Shown here: positions 11,571 to 23,570 of the stretch, one piece after another
Layout of the letters: each line of letters begins with the position of its first letter
Position numbering within the stretch: the stretch's first letter is position 1
Assembly (NCBI GenBank): GCA_002269645.1
Contig: NIVC01003168.1
Location: 51,472 to 115,471, forward strand
Source of the DNA: Macrostomum lignano
Lineage: Eukaryota
Direction: 5' to 3'
Length of the DNA: 64,000 bases
Program-made: the position numbers and the translations under genes
The notes under the pieces: generated by a model
Database searches by the model: none
Seen by the model: only the letters and a program-made list of their open reading frames with translations
What the model was told of the DNA's origin: nothing

Positions 11571-11829
11571 CGAGGCGGCTGCTCAACTGCCAGCGGCAAT
11601 GGGGGAACCAACGCAGTAGGGTGAGGGTCAGTTGCAACTAGTTTGCTTGTCCACCAGAATGTTGGTAGCAAGAGGCTACTCCACGAGGCAAGCGGGCTGG
11701 AGGGAGAGAAACAATGGAAGAGCTGAGGCGAACGGGGAGAGTGCGGAGAGAGGAGAGTCGCGTCGAGCTGAGCGCGCAGTTGCTTAAATAAATGATTAGA
11801 GACACTTCACAAGGCTTGCTGCGCCATCG

Positions 11830-12518
11830 GTTGCCAATGACAACCACCTGGCACGCCAGTGCAGATGCGTATTGGGGTTGGCTGGTGGAGCTACTGGGGG
11901 TAGGGAAGACCAAGTTTAGGACCAAAGAGCACAAATCTGATCCCCGAAGCGCTGCGCAGACAATGGCCCTTCCTCTCTATCAATTCTCTCTCTGTGTTTC
12001 TACTTCTCTCGCCACCCTTTCTCGCGGGCGCCTTCCAAATGCCATGGCAACCAGGGGGGGTCTATTGAGTGGCAGCTGACCCAATAAAAGTAATATGGTA
12101 CCACTGATTCCGTCGTTGCCGGTCCGCCTGACTTTCATAGCCAATTCTCAATATGCAAAGCGCACTGCCCCCGGCTCCGCCCGTGCGAATTGGGCAAACG
12201 GAAAGGCAGGGAGAGACGCAGAATCAAAGACCGGAGTCGCCATGGAGCCTGAGCAGCCCAGGGCGGCCGATTGGAGTGGCGCAGGTGGGGGTCTGGCTTT
12301 GATTACCGAGTGGGGAATTAGTCCCAGCTACAAACTGACTTCTCTGGTTCAATCCGGAGCGCCAGCGGGCCGCAACCAGCGCCCTCCTGTCCGGCTTTTA
12401 TTCTTTGAAGTGGCGACGGGACAATTTTTAGAGGCGCCACACAGCAGTGCTGGATAATCAATTGCGGCCGAGGCGCAGGCACCCCCGTTGCCATGGGGTT
12501 GCCATGGGGTTGCCATGG
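11830..12518. promoter_or_regulatory. Cluster of RFX X-box-like motifs upstream of the DCX-PLAT gene
   Basis: GTTGCCAATGACAAC at 11830-11844; ATGCCATGGCAAC at 12039-12051; three tandem GTTGCCATGG at 12487, 12498 and 12509. All are 0.3-0.95 kb upstream of the ATG at 11570. Confidence 0.55.
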
Positions 12519-14444
12519 TCGCTTTGCGTAGCTAGACAATTTCTGTGAACCGGAACCGGGTCTCGTTGACATTTGATGAAAACATTTTGTTCAAGAGCGG
12601 AACCCTCTGGTGGCCTATGTGTTTACATACGTCCCTCGTGCCTTGGTGGACAGGCAGTTGATGTTTAGGTGGCTCAAGTTGACCAACTGACACTGAAATA
12701 CTCTGTCAGCTTGTCAAACATTCTGAATATTCGTAAAGCATGCTCTCAATAATATACAGAGGAAAATGCAAAAAACTCCCTAGAGCTACTAGAGCCACCA
12801 AAAGACACCAATTAAGAGATCCCTGAGTCGAGTTGAGATTGAGTAACACCGTGGGCTGGCCAAGATAAAGTTCCTCGTTAGTTGTACGAGCGTAGTTAGG
12901 CTTTAAAAGAATAGGCTTCTACTTATGTTCAAAGTTAGGTATGTTAGCATTTTTATGGCATTACCATAGAGTGGAGCGTAGAAATTCATATGAAAAACTA
13001 TTGGGATGCATTAAAACAAAGTAAACGACTTTCGAAAAAAATTTCCTTAAAAATAATCGTAGCACAGAACCTGAAAACTTAATTTTTAAACTTGAGCTTT
13101 TAACAGTGGTTGATTAAATAACTGATTGAACTTTAAATCTAATTACTTCCAATGTTTTAAATTGTCTTTTGTTTAAGTACACATACTGTTTGAGTCACAT
13201 ATCGTTAAAATAACTCAGTTTGAAACGGTAACGCAAATAACAGCGATATAGTAGGTGGAAAGCAATTCAAATTGTCTTTAAATTTACAAAACGACTTGTC
13301 CCTAATAAATTCTAATCTGATCCTAATTCCATCCTAATTCCAGGGGAATTCTTTAATGAATTGAGCAGGCCTGTATCATTTGACTTTTAATGTTACTTAA
13401 ATTTTATTAGTAGAAAAGCAGACTTTACAATGAATCTACACACATATTTTTCTACCATTTAAAAATCAATGACAATGTAATAACTTGAAGAATAATTGTT
13501 TTGTAAGAGATTGAATATTCTAGTCAGAAGGTACTTTGTTGGCGTCCAAATTAATTTTATCTTTTAGCCAAATAAGTTTCCCTGATACATTGTGTTTACG
13601 CTTCTGTAGTATATTCATTTTAATATTGCAATATATTATGTTGTGTATTGTGCATAGTATTGTACGATTATTGACAGTCTGTGGAGCAGTCTTTTGAATT
13701 TCAGATTTTCGCTGGCTCCCTTTTAGTTTTACTTTGTTTGAAACATGCATTTCATAATACTCGTACTACAATTGTAAGTTAACAAACATGAAAACAGCTT
13801 ATTCGACTTCGTACCACTAAACCATTGCAGCCTATATAAAAAATAATTTTTGCCAAACTGTCAATGATAATAAGTGCAAACGGGAAATCACAAAATGAAA
13901 GAGCAATAATACGAGCATGAATTTTTTGCCTTTGCTTTTTTCTTTTTAAATAGAAACAAAAAGATATATCTTACCATTTTATGAAAACCAGAATAGTATT
14001 TTAATTTCTTTGCCACCTGCTTGCAACAAAAAATGAGTCATACACCGCGCGGCAAATAACTCGGTAATTTTGAAAAATTGCTTGTTCTATTTACGTTTTA
14101 TCCGTTTACTAAAACAAAATCTTTACAAATTACAGCACAACTCGTGTAAAAAATTAGTTTGAATTAAAAATTATAGTCGAATTTCATTAGGAATTAATTT
14201 TCTTTTCATTATAAATGTAATCTAGCAGCTTCACGAATCAGTGGATAAGTTAAGTTACGTTCTAGTAGCTTGGGCTTGATTTAGAATTTTTTAAGCGGTC
14301 AAGTCTAAACATCCGTCAGTATTACAGTGTTAACTTAGTTGTAATAGCAAAGAGGATTGGTTAACAATTGTTTAATAATGTTACTAAATTGTCTTACATT
14401 TAGACTAGACAGGAACAATTCAGAATTAATAAATTAGAATAATA

Positions 14445-14538
14445 CCCGGGTGGCGCATAAGTAACTTTACTAATTTGAAACTTTTAGTTTATGTCGATGT
14501 GTATACATGTACGAGTAGTTACTTATGCGCCCCTCGGG
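14445..14538. mobile_element. 94-bp MITE/hairpin with TA flanks (Tc1/mariner-type)
   Basis: CCCGGGTGGCGCATAAGTAACT versus the reverse complement of the right end CCCGAGGGGCGCATAAGTAACT (2 mismatches); TA on both sides. Confidence 0.55.
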
Positions 14539-15045
14539 TATATGTGATGAATTGTATATATATACCTATACCTAAATGTGCTAACGATCTACTAAAAAAA
14601 TTCCTTGCTTGCAATTAGGTACTCGTAGATATAGTCTCAGAACTCAACAGTATGAGAAGGCGTAGTCGGATGGAAGCTAATTTAGGACGACTTAATAGAA
14701 AGAAAACTTGTAGAAAATTTCTTTAGAAAGCCTAAATTCGCGAAGTGCGAGTACTTCAAAGCTATACAAACTTTTCGCCAGTGCGAACTCGGAGCTGTTT
14801 TGGCTTTGTCTTTGCTTAATCTTTTGGATGCGGTTCAGCAACCAGCAGGAAACAGAAGTGACAAAAAACTGTTCATGAGGGAAATTATTTGCAATACCGA
14901 TATACAACTGCTGAGCGTGAACGGCAAATTTCGGCGAATGTGATTCGAACTGCTTAGCAGAGTCGTGAATACTGGAAGAGCCATTCTGGCAGAAGTAACA
15001 GCTTTCCATGAGAAAGCAGCTATGTAGTGAACTCCCCAGATTCAA

Positions 15046-15279
15046 TGCCTTGAAGGGGAGGGGGCATCACAAACCCGAAAAATCACAACTCCGAAAGTTC
15101 TAGTAATGTTCAACACTATTTTGGTTTTCGGAGTTGTGATTTTTCGGGTTTATGATATTTCGGGTTTATGATATTTCGGGTTTGTGATAATTCGGGTTTG
15201 TGATATTTCGGGTTTATAAATGGGAAGTGCTTTCGGAGTTGTGATTTTTCGGGTTTATGATGGCAACCCCTTTGAGGCA
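15046..15279. mobile_element. Foldback/MITE-like element with about 50-bp TIRs and internal 14-15-bp subrepeats
   Basis: Left TGCCTTGAAGGGG...CATCACAAACCCGAAAAATCACAACTCCGAAAG mirrors right CTTTCGGAGTTGTGATTTTTCGGGTTTATGAT...CCCCTTTGAGGCA. Internal TTCGGGTTT(A/G)TGAT repeats. No TSD seen. Confidence 0.55.
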
Positions 15280-15984
15280 CCGAGGGTCACTCAGAATTCC
15301 CTTCTTTTGAGCGATGTAACCTAGAAAGAAGAAGAAGGAGAAACATGATTCGATCGCATGCTTGATATTTACAACAAAGAACTGCATCCTACTCAAAAGT
15401 CAAAACTCACCTAAATAATTATACAATACATGTACTTTCATTTCCAGACGAAGTCACATTCTCCGCAGAGGTGTAGCAGCTGTCTAACTTTTCTAAACTG
15501 GTGATTAACAGTGATTAACTGGTGGGAATACCAAGCCATTTTTCCGCCCATCGAACTACCAACCTCCTCCGTCAAGATATTCAACAATTCTGCCAAAAGT
15601 TCGGATTTTTCCCTTAAGTGCTAGTGTATTCAGTGCACCCCTCAGTGCAGCCTTGCCAACTCTCCAAATTTCATCAGCACGTCCACCACATGTGTCTGCA
15701 TCAGCTGTGACTTCGTTGGTCACTAGCCTTTACCCAGGTGGAGCTTCTGGACCTTCAACAGGTGGCACCACGTGACTATGGACACCCTGTTGCGAATTTC
15801 TTTTGTTTCGCTAATCAAGCCTCGACAGTGGGCAAAGCCGCAACTGCTAGACACCAGGCGTTCACAATACTATTACAGTAAAAACAAAGGAACTTATTTT
15901 TCATCGTAATGGTAATTTCGCTTGATTTTATGTGGACTTAGTTAAAACTTTAAAAATCTGTCTCATGTCCATAGTCACCTTGTC

Positions 15985-18900
15985 AGCTCAAGTGACTCAG
16001 CCAGTTAAAATCGGTCAGTTCGAGTGACTCAGCCAGTTAAAATCGGTCAGTTCAAGTGACTCAGCCAGTTAAAATCGGTCAGTTCAAATGACTCAGCCAG
16101 TTAAAATCGGTCAATTCGAGTGACTCAGCCAGTTAAAATCGGTCAGTTCAAGTGACTCAGCCAGTTAAAATCGGTCAGTTCAAGTGACTCAGCCAGTTAA
16201 AATCGGTCAGTTCAAATGACTCAGCCAGTTAAAATCGGTCAATTCGAGTGACTTAGCCAGTTAAAATCGGTCAGTTCAAGTGACTCAGCCAGTTAAAATC
16301 GGTCAGTTCAAGTGACTCAGCCAGTTAAAATCGGTCAGTTCAAGTGACTCAGCCAGTTAAAATCGGTCAGTTCAAGCGACTCAGCCAGTTAAGATCGGTC
16401 AGTTCAAGTGACTCAAAAGGAATTAAAATCGGTCAGTTCAAGTGACTCAGCCAGTTAAAATCGGTCAGTTCAAGTGACTCAACCGGAATTAAAATTAGCC
16501 AGTTCAAGTGACTCAGCCAGTTAAAATCGGTCAGTTCAAGTGACTCAACCGGAATTAAAATCGGTCAGTTCAAGTGACTCAGCCAGTTAAAATCGGTCAG
16601 TTCAAGTGACTCAGCCAGTTAAAATCGGTCAGTTCAAGTGACTCAACCGAAATTAAAATCGGTCAGTTCAAGTGACTCAGCCAGTTAAAATCGGTCAGTT
16701 CGAGTGACTCAGCCAGTTAAAATCGGTCAGTTCAAGTGACTCAGCCAGTTAAGATCGGTCAGTTCAAGTGACTCAACCGGAATTAAAATCGGTCAGTTCA
16801 AGTGACTCAGCCAGTTAAAATCGGTCAGTTCAAGTGACTCAGCCAGTTAAAATCGGTCAGTTCAAGTGACTCAGCCAGTTAAAATCGGTCAGTTCAAGTG
16901 ACTCAGCCAGTTAAAATCGGTCAATTCGAGTGACTCAGCCAGTTAAAATCGGTCAGTTCAAGTGACTCAGCCAGTTAAAATCGGTCAGTTCAAGTGACTC
17001 AGCCAGTTAAAATCGGTCAGTTCAAATGACTCAGCCAGTTAAAATCGGTCAATTCGAGTGACTTAGCCAGTTAAAATCGGTCAGTTCAAGTGACTCAGCC
17101 AGTTAAAATCGGTCAGTTCAAGTGACTCAGCCAGTTAAAATCGGTCAGTTCAAGTGACTCAGCCAGTTAAAATCGGTCAGTTCAAGCGACTCAGCCAGTT
17201 AAGATCGGTCAGTTCAAGTGACTCAGCCAGTTAAAATCGGTCAGTTCAAGTGACTCAGCCAGTTAAAATCGGTCAGTTCAAGTGACTCAGCCAGTTAAAA
17301 TCGGTCAGTTCAAGTGACTCAACCGGAATTAAAATTAGCCAGTTCAAGTGACTCAGCCAGTTTAAATCGGTCAGTTCAAGTGACTCAACCGGAATTAAAA
17401 TCGGTCAGTTCAAGTGACTCAGCCAGTTAAAATCGGTCAGTTCAAGTGACTCAGCCAGTTAAAATCGGTCAGTTCAAGTGACTCAACCGGAATTAAAATC
17501 GGTCAGTTCAAGTGACTCAGCCAGTTAAAATCGGTCAGTTCGAGTGACTCAGCCAGTTAAAATCGGTCAGTTCAAGTGACTCAGCCAGTTAAGATCGGTC
17601 AGTTCAAGTGACTCAACCGGAATTAAAATCGGTCAGTTCAAGTGACTCAGCCAGTTAAAATCGGTCAGTTCAAGTGACTCAGCCAGTTAAAATCGGTCAG
17701 TTCAAGTGACTCAGCCAGTTAAAATCGGTCAGTTCAAATGACTCAGCCAGTTAAAATCGGTCAATTCGAGTGACTCAGCCAGTTAAAATCGGTCAGTTCG
17801 AGTGACTCAGCCAGTTAAAATCGGTCAGTTCAAGTGACTCAGCCAGTTAAAATCGGTCAGTTCAAATGACTCAGCCAGTTAAAATCGGTCAATTCGAGTG
17901 ACTTAGCCAGTTAAAATCGGTCAGTTCAAGTGACTCAGCCAGTTAAAATCGGTCAGTTCAAGTGACTCAGCCAGTTAAAATCGGTCAGTTCAAGTGACTC
18001 AGCCAGTTAAAATCGGTCAGTTCAAATGACTCAGCCAGTAAAAATCGGTCAATTCGAGTGACTCAGCCAGTTAAAATCGGTCAGTTCAAGTGACTCAGCC
18101 AGTTAAAATCGGTCAGTTCAAGTGACTCAGCCAGTTAAAATCGGTCAGTTCAAATGACTCAGCCAGTTAAAATCGGTCAATTCGAGTGACTTAGCCAGTT
18201 AAAATCGGTCAGTTCAAGTGACTCAGCCAGTTAAAATCGGTCAGTTCAAGTGACTCAGCCAGTTAAAATCGGTCAGTTCAAGTGACTCAGCCAGTTAAAA
18301 TCGGTCAGTTCAAGCGACTCAGCCAGTTAAGATCGGTCAGTTCAAGTGACTCAACCGGAATTAAAATCGGTCAGTTCAAGTGACTCAGCCAGTTAAAATC
18401 GGTCAGTTCAAGTGACTCAACCGGAATTAAAATTAGCCAGTTCAAGTGACTCAGCCAGTTTAAATCGGTCAGTTCAAGTGACTCAACCGGAATTAAAATC
18501 GGTCAGTTCAAGTGACTCAGCCAGTTAAAATCGGTCAGTTCAAGTGACTCAGGCAGTTAAAATCGGTCAGTTCAAGTGACTCAACCGGAATTAAAATCGG
18601 TCAGTTCAAGTGACTCAGCCAGTTAAAATCGGTCAGTTCGAGTGACTCAGCCAGTTAAAATCGGTCAGTTCAAGTGACTCAGCCAGTTAAGATCGGTCAG
18701 TTCAAGTGACTCAACCGGAATTAAAATCGGTCAGTTCGAGTGACTCAGCCAGTTAAAATCGGTCAGTTCAAGTGACTCAGCCAGTTAAAATCGGTCAGTT
18801 CAAGTGACTCAGCCAGTTAAAATCGGTCAGTTTAAGTGACTCAGCCAGTTAAAATCGGTCAGTTCAAGTGACTCAGCCAGTTAAAATCGGTCAGTTCGAG

Positions 18901-19680
18901 TGACTCAGCCAATTAAAATCGGTCAGTTCGAGTGACTCAGCCAGTTAAAATCGGTCAGTTCAAGTGACTCAGCCAGTTAAAATCGGTCAGTTCAAGTGAC
19001 TCAGCCAGTTAAAATCGGTCAGTTCAAGTGACTCAGCCAGCTAAAATCAGTCAGTTCAAGTGACTCAGCCAGCTAAAATCGGTCAGTTCAAGTGACTCAG
19101 CCAGTTAAAATCGGTCAGTTCAAGTGACTCAGCCAGTTAAGATCGGTCAGTTCAAGTGACTCAACCGGAATTAAAATCGGTCAGTTCGAGTGACTCAGCC
19201 AGTTAAAATCGGTCAGTTCAAGTGACTCAGCCAGTTAAAATCGGTCAGTTCAAGTGACTCAGCCAGTTAAAATCGGTCAGTTCAAATGACTCAGCCAGTT
19301 AAAATCGGTCAATTCGAGTGACTCAGCCAGTTAAAATCGGTCAGTTCAAGTGACTCAGCCAGTTAAAATCGGTCAGTTTAAGTGACTCAGCCAGTTAAAA
19401 TCGGTCAGTTCAAGTGACTCAGCCAGTTAAAATCGGTCAGTTCAAATGACTCAGCCAGTTAAAATCGGTCAATTCGAGTGACTCAGCCAGTTAAAATCGG
19501 TCAGTTCAAGTGACTCAGCCAGTTAAAATCGGTCAGTTTAAGTGACTCAGCCAGTTAAAATCGGTTATTTCAAGTGACTCAGCCAGTTAAAATCGGTTAG
19601 TTCAAGTGACTCAGCCAGTTAAAATCGGTCAGTTCAAATGACTCAGCCAGTTAAAATCGGTTAGTTCAAGTGACTCAGGT
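15985..19680. repeat. 32-bp satellite (AGTGACTCAGCCAGTTAAAATCGGTCAGTTCA), about 115 copies, intergenic
   Basis: Direct reading; recurring variant units (AACCGGAATT, AAATGACT/AATTCG) recur in blocks. Confidence 0.97.
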
Positions 19681-20254
19681 CAAAGTCTTGGCCAAGTCTG
19701 CTTCTCTGACAAATAATTGCAGCATTTTCGTGCCATGAGTAGATTAAAAAGTCAGTCAAAATTTGAAACAAAAGAGGGCAATTTGAATCTATTGATTTTC
19801 TATCAAACGGTGTCAATATTGTATTGATCAGCGTGCAGAAAACTAATTGAGATAAGTCCTGATGAGACTCATAAATACGGGCTACATTTGTTATTATCCA
19901 TGAATGAAAGTGCTGTGGGACGAAAATGAGTGTGCACACTGGGTGTGCATCGGACGTTGTCAGTAATGTACCTTAAGCTTAAGCTTTGGAAACTTGGAAA
20001 AAACTTTCTGGAGTTTTCGAACTTTCACTGCAAGCTACAGGTCACTCCATTCGGGAAGCATGTATGAAAATGATTGCAAGGCAAGCTCAAACTTGCTGTT
20101 TGAGTCAACTAACACTCAATGGCCCTTCAAAGGAAATAGAAGTCGGATGAGAGGGCAACTTCTGAAGCAGTCAAAAAGTCAAATCAAAAGGCACTGTAGT
20201 TGCCGACCAACAGTTACGAAAATCGTTGGAGACGAAAGCGGGACTCGCAAACGT

Positions 20255-20510
20255 ACACCTGCCCTAATGGGCAGATGTGCGACCGACAGCTCAGCCGCAG
20301 CTATTGCGCGGCGCATCTGAAGGCTGCGTCCAAGGACTGGAGGGTCGCTACTCACACCCTTAATACCCCAGTTAATGCTGGCACCCATTTTACAGCTGGG
20401 TGAACTGAAGCAATGCAGAGTTAAGTGCCTTGCTCAAGGACACAAACTGTTCCAGTGGGATCAGGAATCGAACCCCCAACCTTTCAGTTGTGATTCCTAC
20501 GCTCTACCAC
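20255..20510 (-). mobile_element. tRNA-derived CORE-SINE (near full length)
   Basis: Minus strand: A-box AGTGGTAGAGCG, B-box GGTTCGATTCC, then TGTGTCCTTGAGCAAGGCACTTAAC...CAGCTGTAAAATGGG, resembling the MIR/CORE domain. A second copy is at 9365-9620. Confidence 0.7.
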
Positions 20511-21261
20511 TTTGTCTCCAATAGAAAATATGGACCGAGTAACTCCATTTGTGCTTCGTGAAAGTTCGCCAAGCATTAACCACGGCTTGCGAATGTGGCT
20601 TGTGATCTTAGAAAAAAAAGAAATTTCAACTGCAGGACTTGAGCCGATCCAGAATTTTTAACTTCAACTATTTTTGCATGACTGCGCACAATCGGTGAAC
20701 TTTTTTACAAGCTCTTCCAAGCACTTTCCAAGGTCCAGCCTGTGCCTTTCAGATTCCAAATGCAAGCAAGTGATATGACTGGTGACACTAACAAATTGCG
20801 GTCAAGTTTCAACGCACCTCCCCCCTGCACTGCTTGCCGAAAAAGTAACTTCTAGGAGGGCTAGTAAATGTTTACTTCTTCTTTACTTCTTAGTTGAAGC
20901 CAGTGTAAATTGCACCACCTGTCCAGATCTCCGGCTGGCCCTCCGGTTTTATACTGAGAGTGGACAGAAGAAGCGGTTTAGATAGCAGAGTTCACCCTTG
21001 CCTGGCAGGGGTGGGCCTTGCATCGCGCTGGCCTGATATCTGGAGGTTGCGCTCGCACTATCTCTAGCACTCATTGCAAGAATTCGGACAGGCAGAAAGC
21101 CGAAAGCACTTTGAATTCGTATTGGCCAATAATAGCAGCAGGCACTGATTCCACCGGCTCTTGCCTGCACTGTTGCATGGCTGCATAACTACAATTTTTA
21201 ATCTTAAATTTAACAATTTTCAACAAAAATGGCAATATGGGAACTCGAATTTCAAAACCAA

Positions 21262-21380
21262 CATCTTGTCTTGTCTGCGGCGCTAAATTGGTGCCAACAT
21301 CTTGTCTGCGGCGCTAAATTGGTGCCAACATCTTGTCCAGGCGCTAAATTGGTGCCAACATCTTGTCCAGGCGCTAAATT
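21262..21380. repeat. 30-31-bp tandem repeat, about 4 copies
   Basis: Unit CATCTTGTCCAGGCGCTAAATTGGTGCCAA. Confidence 0.85.
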
Positions 21381-23231
21381 GGCTTCAAAATCTTTTTTTC
21401 GGGATTTCATCTGACCACCTCACCTTACAAGCCTAACAGGATTGTATAACTTTAACAGCCCTTTAACTTTGATAGCTCCATGCCTGTTGTCAGGTGATTT
21501 GAGAGCTTGGAAATTCTAAGTAAGGCCTTCTAAATGCTTCGACAAAAATGCAAATACATGTCATCTTTTCGCTCACCTATGTCGACTCTTTCTTTAAAAC
21601 TTTAAATAGATTGTTCTCGGAAACAAACCTGTGTCATTTTCGGCCCTCAAAGGTGCGAAAAGGGGTGAAACAAGTGTAAAAAAGGCAAGAAATACGCGCT
21701 GGCAGCTTAGGAAGCAATATTAAAGCAATTTTGCAAGCAAGCAATAACATATAAATTTGAGATTTGAGTACTTGCTCTGACTAGTTCAATGATAAGTATT
21801 CTCAGAGTCTACAATTGATCAGTTTGAGTCGGAAAGCTGAAAGACAACCACCGACCATCGTGGTGAGACCTGGCCTCAAGGTGTTTATTTTCTTTTCCGT
21901 AATGCTTGAGCAGCTTGAGTGCAAAAAATCAGACAAACTAATTAATTTCAAGTGACTGGGGATTTCACCGACTAGTCTGATTTAGGTCACCTAAAATAAT
22001 TACTGTGAAGTTTTGACCAACTGTGTGTCGAATTCTGCACGATTGGCTGACCACGCAGGAAATCTACTGCGGAGCCGGTGCTTCCTGTCATTCTGGACCG
22101 GCTGAATCAAAATTAGCATAATCATTAAGCCGGACTCAGCGGATCGGTCTAAAATGTTTCCAGCTGTCGTCTGATTGTCTATCTTGCAGCGAATTTGCAT
22201 GCATTATATATTTGAGCGACTCAGGTAAGCGAAAGTCTTCTTCTTTCGGGTGAATAGCTACGTGCCGTGTGTTAATGAATGTTGGTTCTGCTAATCAGGC
22301 CGCGCTTTCGTTCTCTAAGAAAACATTCAGTTTAATCGAGATTTCTTTGCTTAGTCTTGACTCTAAGTCCTAAGGGACCCCAGTATGTCAGAGTCCTTTG
22401 CCAGCCGCTGTTGTTGCCACAGTGCTATTCCTGAGCAAATACTCTGAAAGAAACAGGCCTTTTGAGGTAAATTAAACATAAAATACGTCAAACAGTAAAA
22501 TTACTTTGTTTTATTTGACTTATAATGTTGCTTCCCAAGTATTACACATTGCTATACATTCACAAAGGTTGAAAAAATGTTGCGAGAGATGTGGCGCTCT
22601 TCTGTTGATTCTAAAATACTGAAAGGACCAGGCCAGATTGCATGTTTAGCGCTTCTGTATTGAAGCTAGAGCCGATCAATTGATGCTTGCAAGTCCCGCT
22701 GCATGAGTTCTTCAAGTCGCGTAGAAACCTATGTTCGAGCCCGTTCGATCTTGGGTGTTATGCCGGAGTCATGACGAGACTATTGATCCCCTTCAGCCGT
22801 TCCTGCACCCTCTTTGATGCAAACGGCCGTTGTCAGATATTTAAGTCACCGGAAGACGGTGCAAAGGTTTCTGAGCTGGCTTGTCGACCTCTGGGCACGT
22901 GGACTTCAGTCCATTTGCTACGAACGAGCGTCGTGCAGTCCATTGTCTTGCGGATCCGTGATCCTTGCTCTTCTTGAAAATCTCGACCGATATCTGCATG
23001 GCCATCAGATGCACTGTCATGCGTCATGTAATACAACGATCTTTTAGCCTCTGGTACTACCAGATGGATCCATCGGTATAGCAACAGAAACATTGAGTAG
23101 CACTGATCGAGCTAATATCTACTAAAGAAAACAGGACGCCATTTAAAAAAATTCACAATGAAAGACTTTTTTAGGAATTCTAGCAGATTGATGATATCGT
23201 TGAGTCTGGAGGTACTGCATACAGTCAAAAT

Positions 23232-23570
23232 AAACAACAACAACAAAACTTCTCTTGCCAGCCACTCAGTGGCCGGAAAGGGGGGAGAAGTCAGAGAGCG
23301 CGTCTCTGGGCCATAGCCCTCAAAAAGTCACACCCCCCAGCTTGGTCCGGGGCGCCAGTATCAGTCGAAAGACGGTCAGGACATCTCGCCGTTCGCCTTG
23401 GCCTCGCACTTCGAGTAGCGGCTCAGGGCAGCGGGCCTCCGACCGGATGACGTGGCCAGCCAGTCGAAGTCGTCGCCCGCGCAGCAGGTCAGAAGGCCGC
23501 ATCAGGCGTGCCCTTGCGTAGAGCATGGCATTGGTCTGGACCAGTGCGCACTCCGAACGCCTCAGGCAGC
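23232..23570 (-). mobile_element. 3' end of an RTE-type non-LTR retrotransposon
   Basis: LYARARLMRPSDLLRGRRLRLAGHVIR...RGQG, then frameshifted TDTGAPDQAGGCDFLRAMAQRRAL*, a short 3' UTR and a (GTT)n tail. Confidence 0.65.

Noticed and set aside
15985-19680. CRISPR-like appearance of regular 32-bp units
   Set aside because: No unique spacers, eukaryotic context and no cas genes. The same holds for the other arrays.
22680-23100. Moderately GC-rich patch with several 75-95-aa ORFs
   Set aside because: No recognisable domain and no phase-consistent splice partners.
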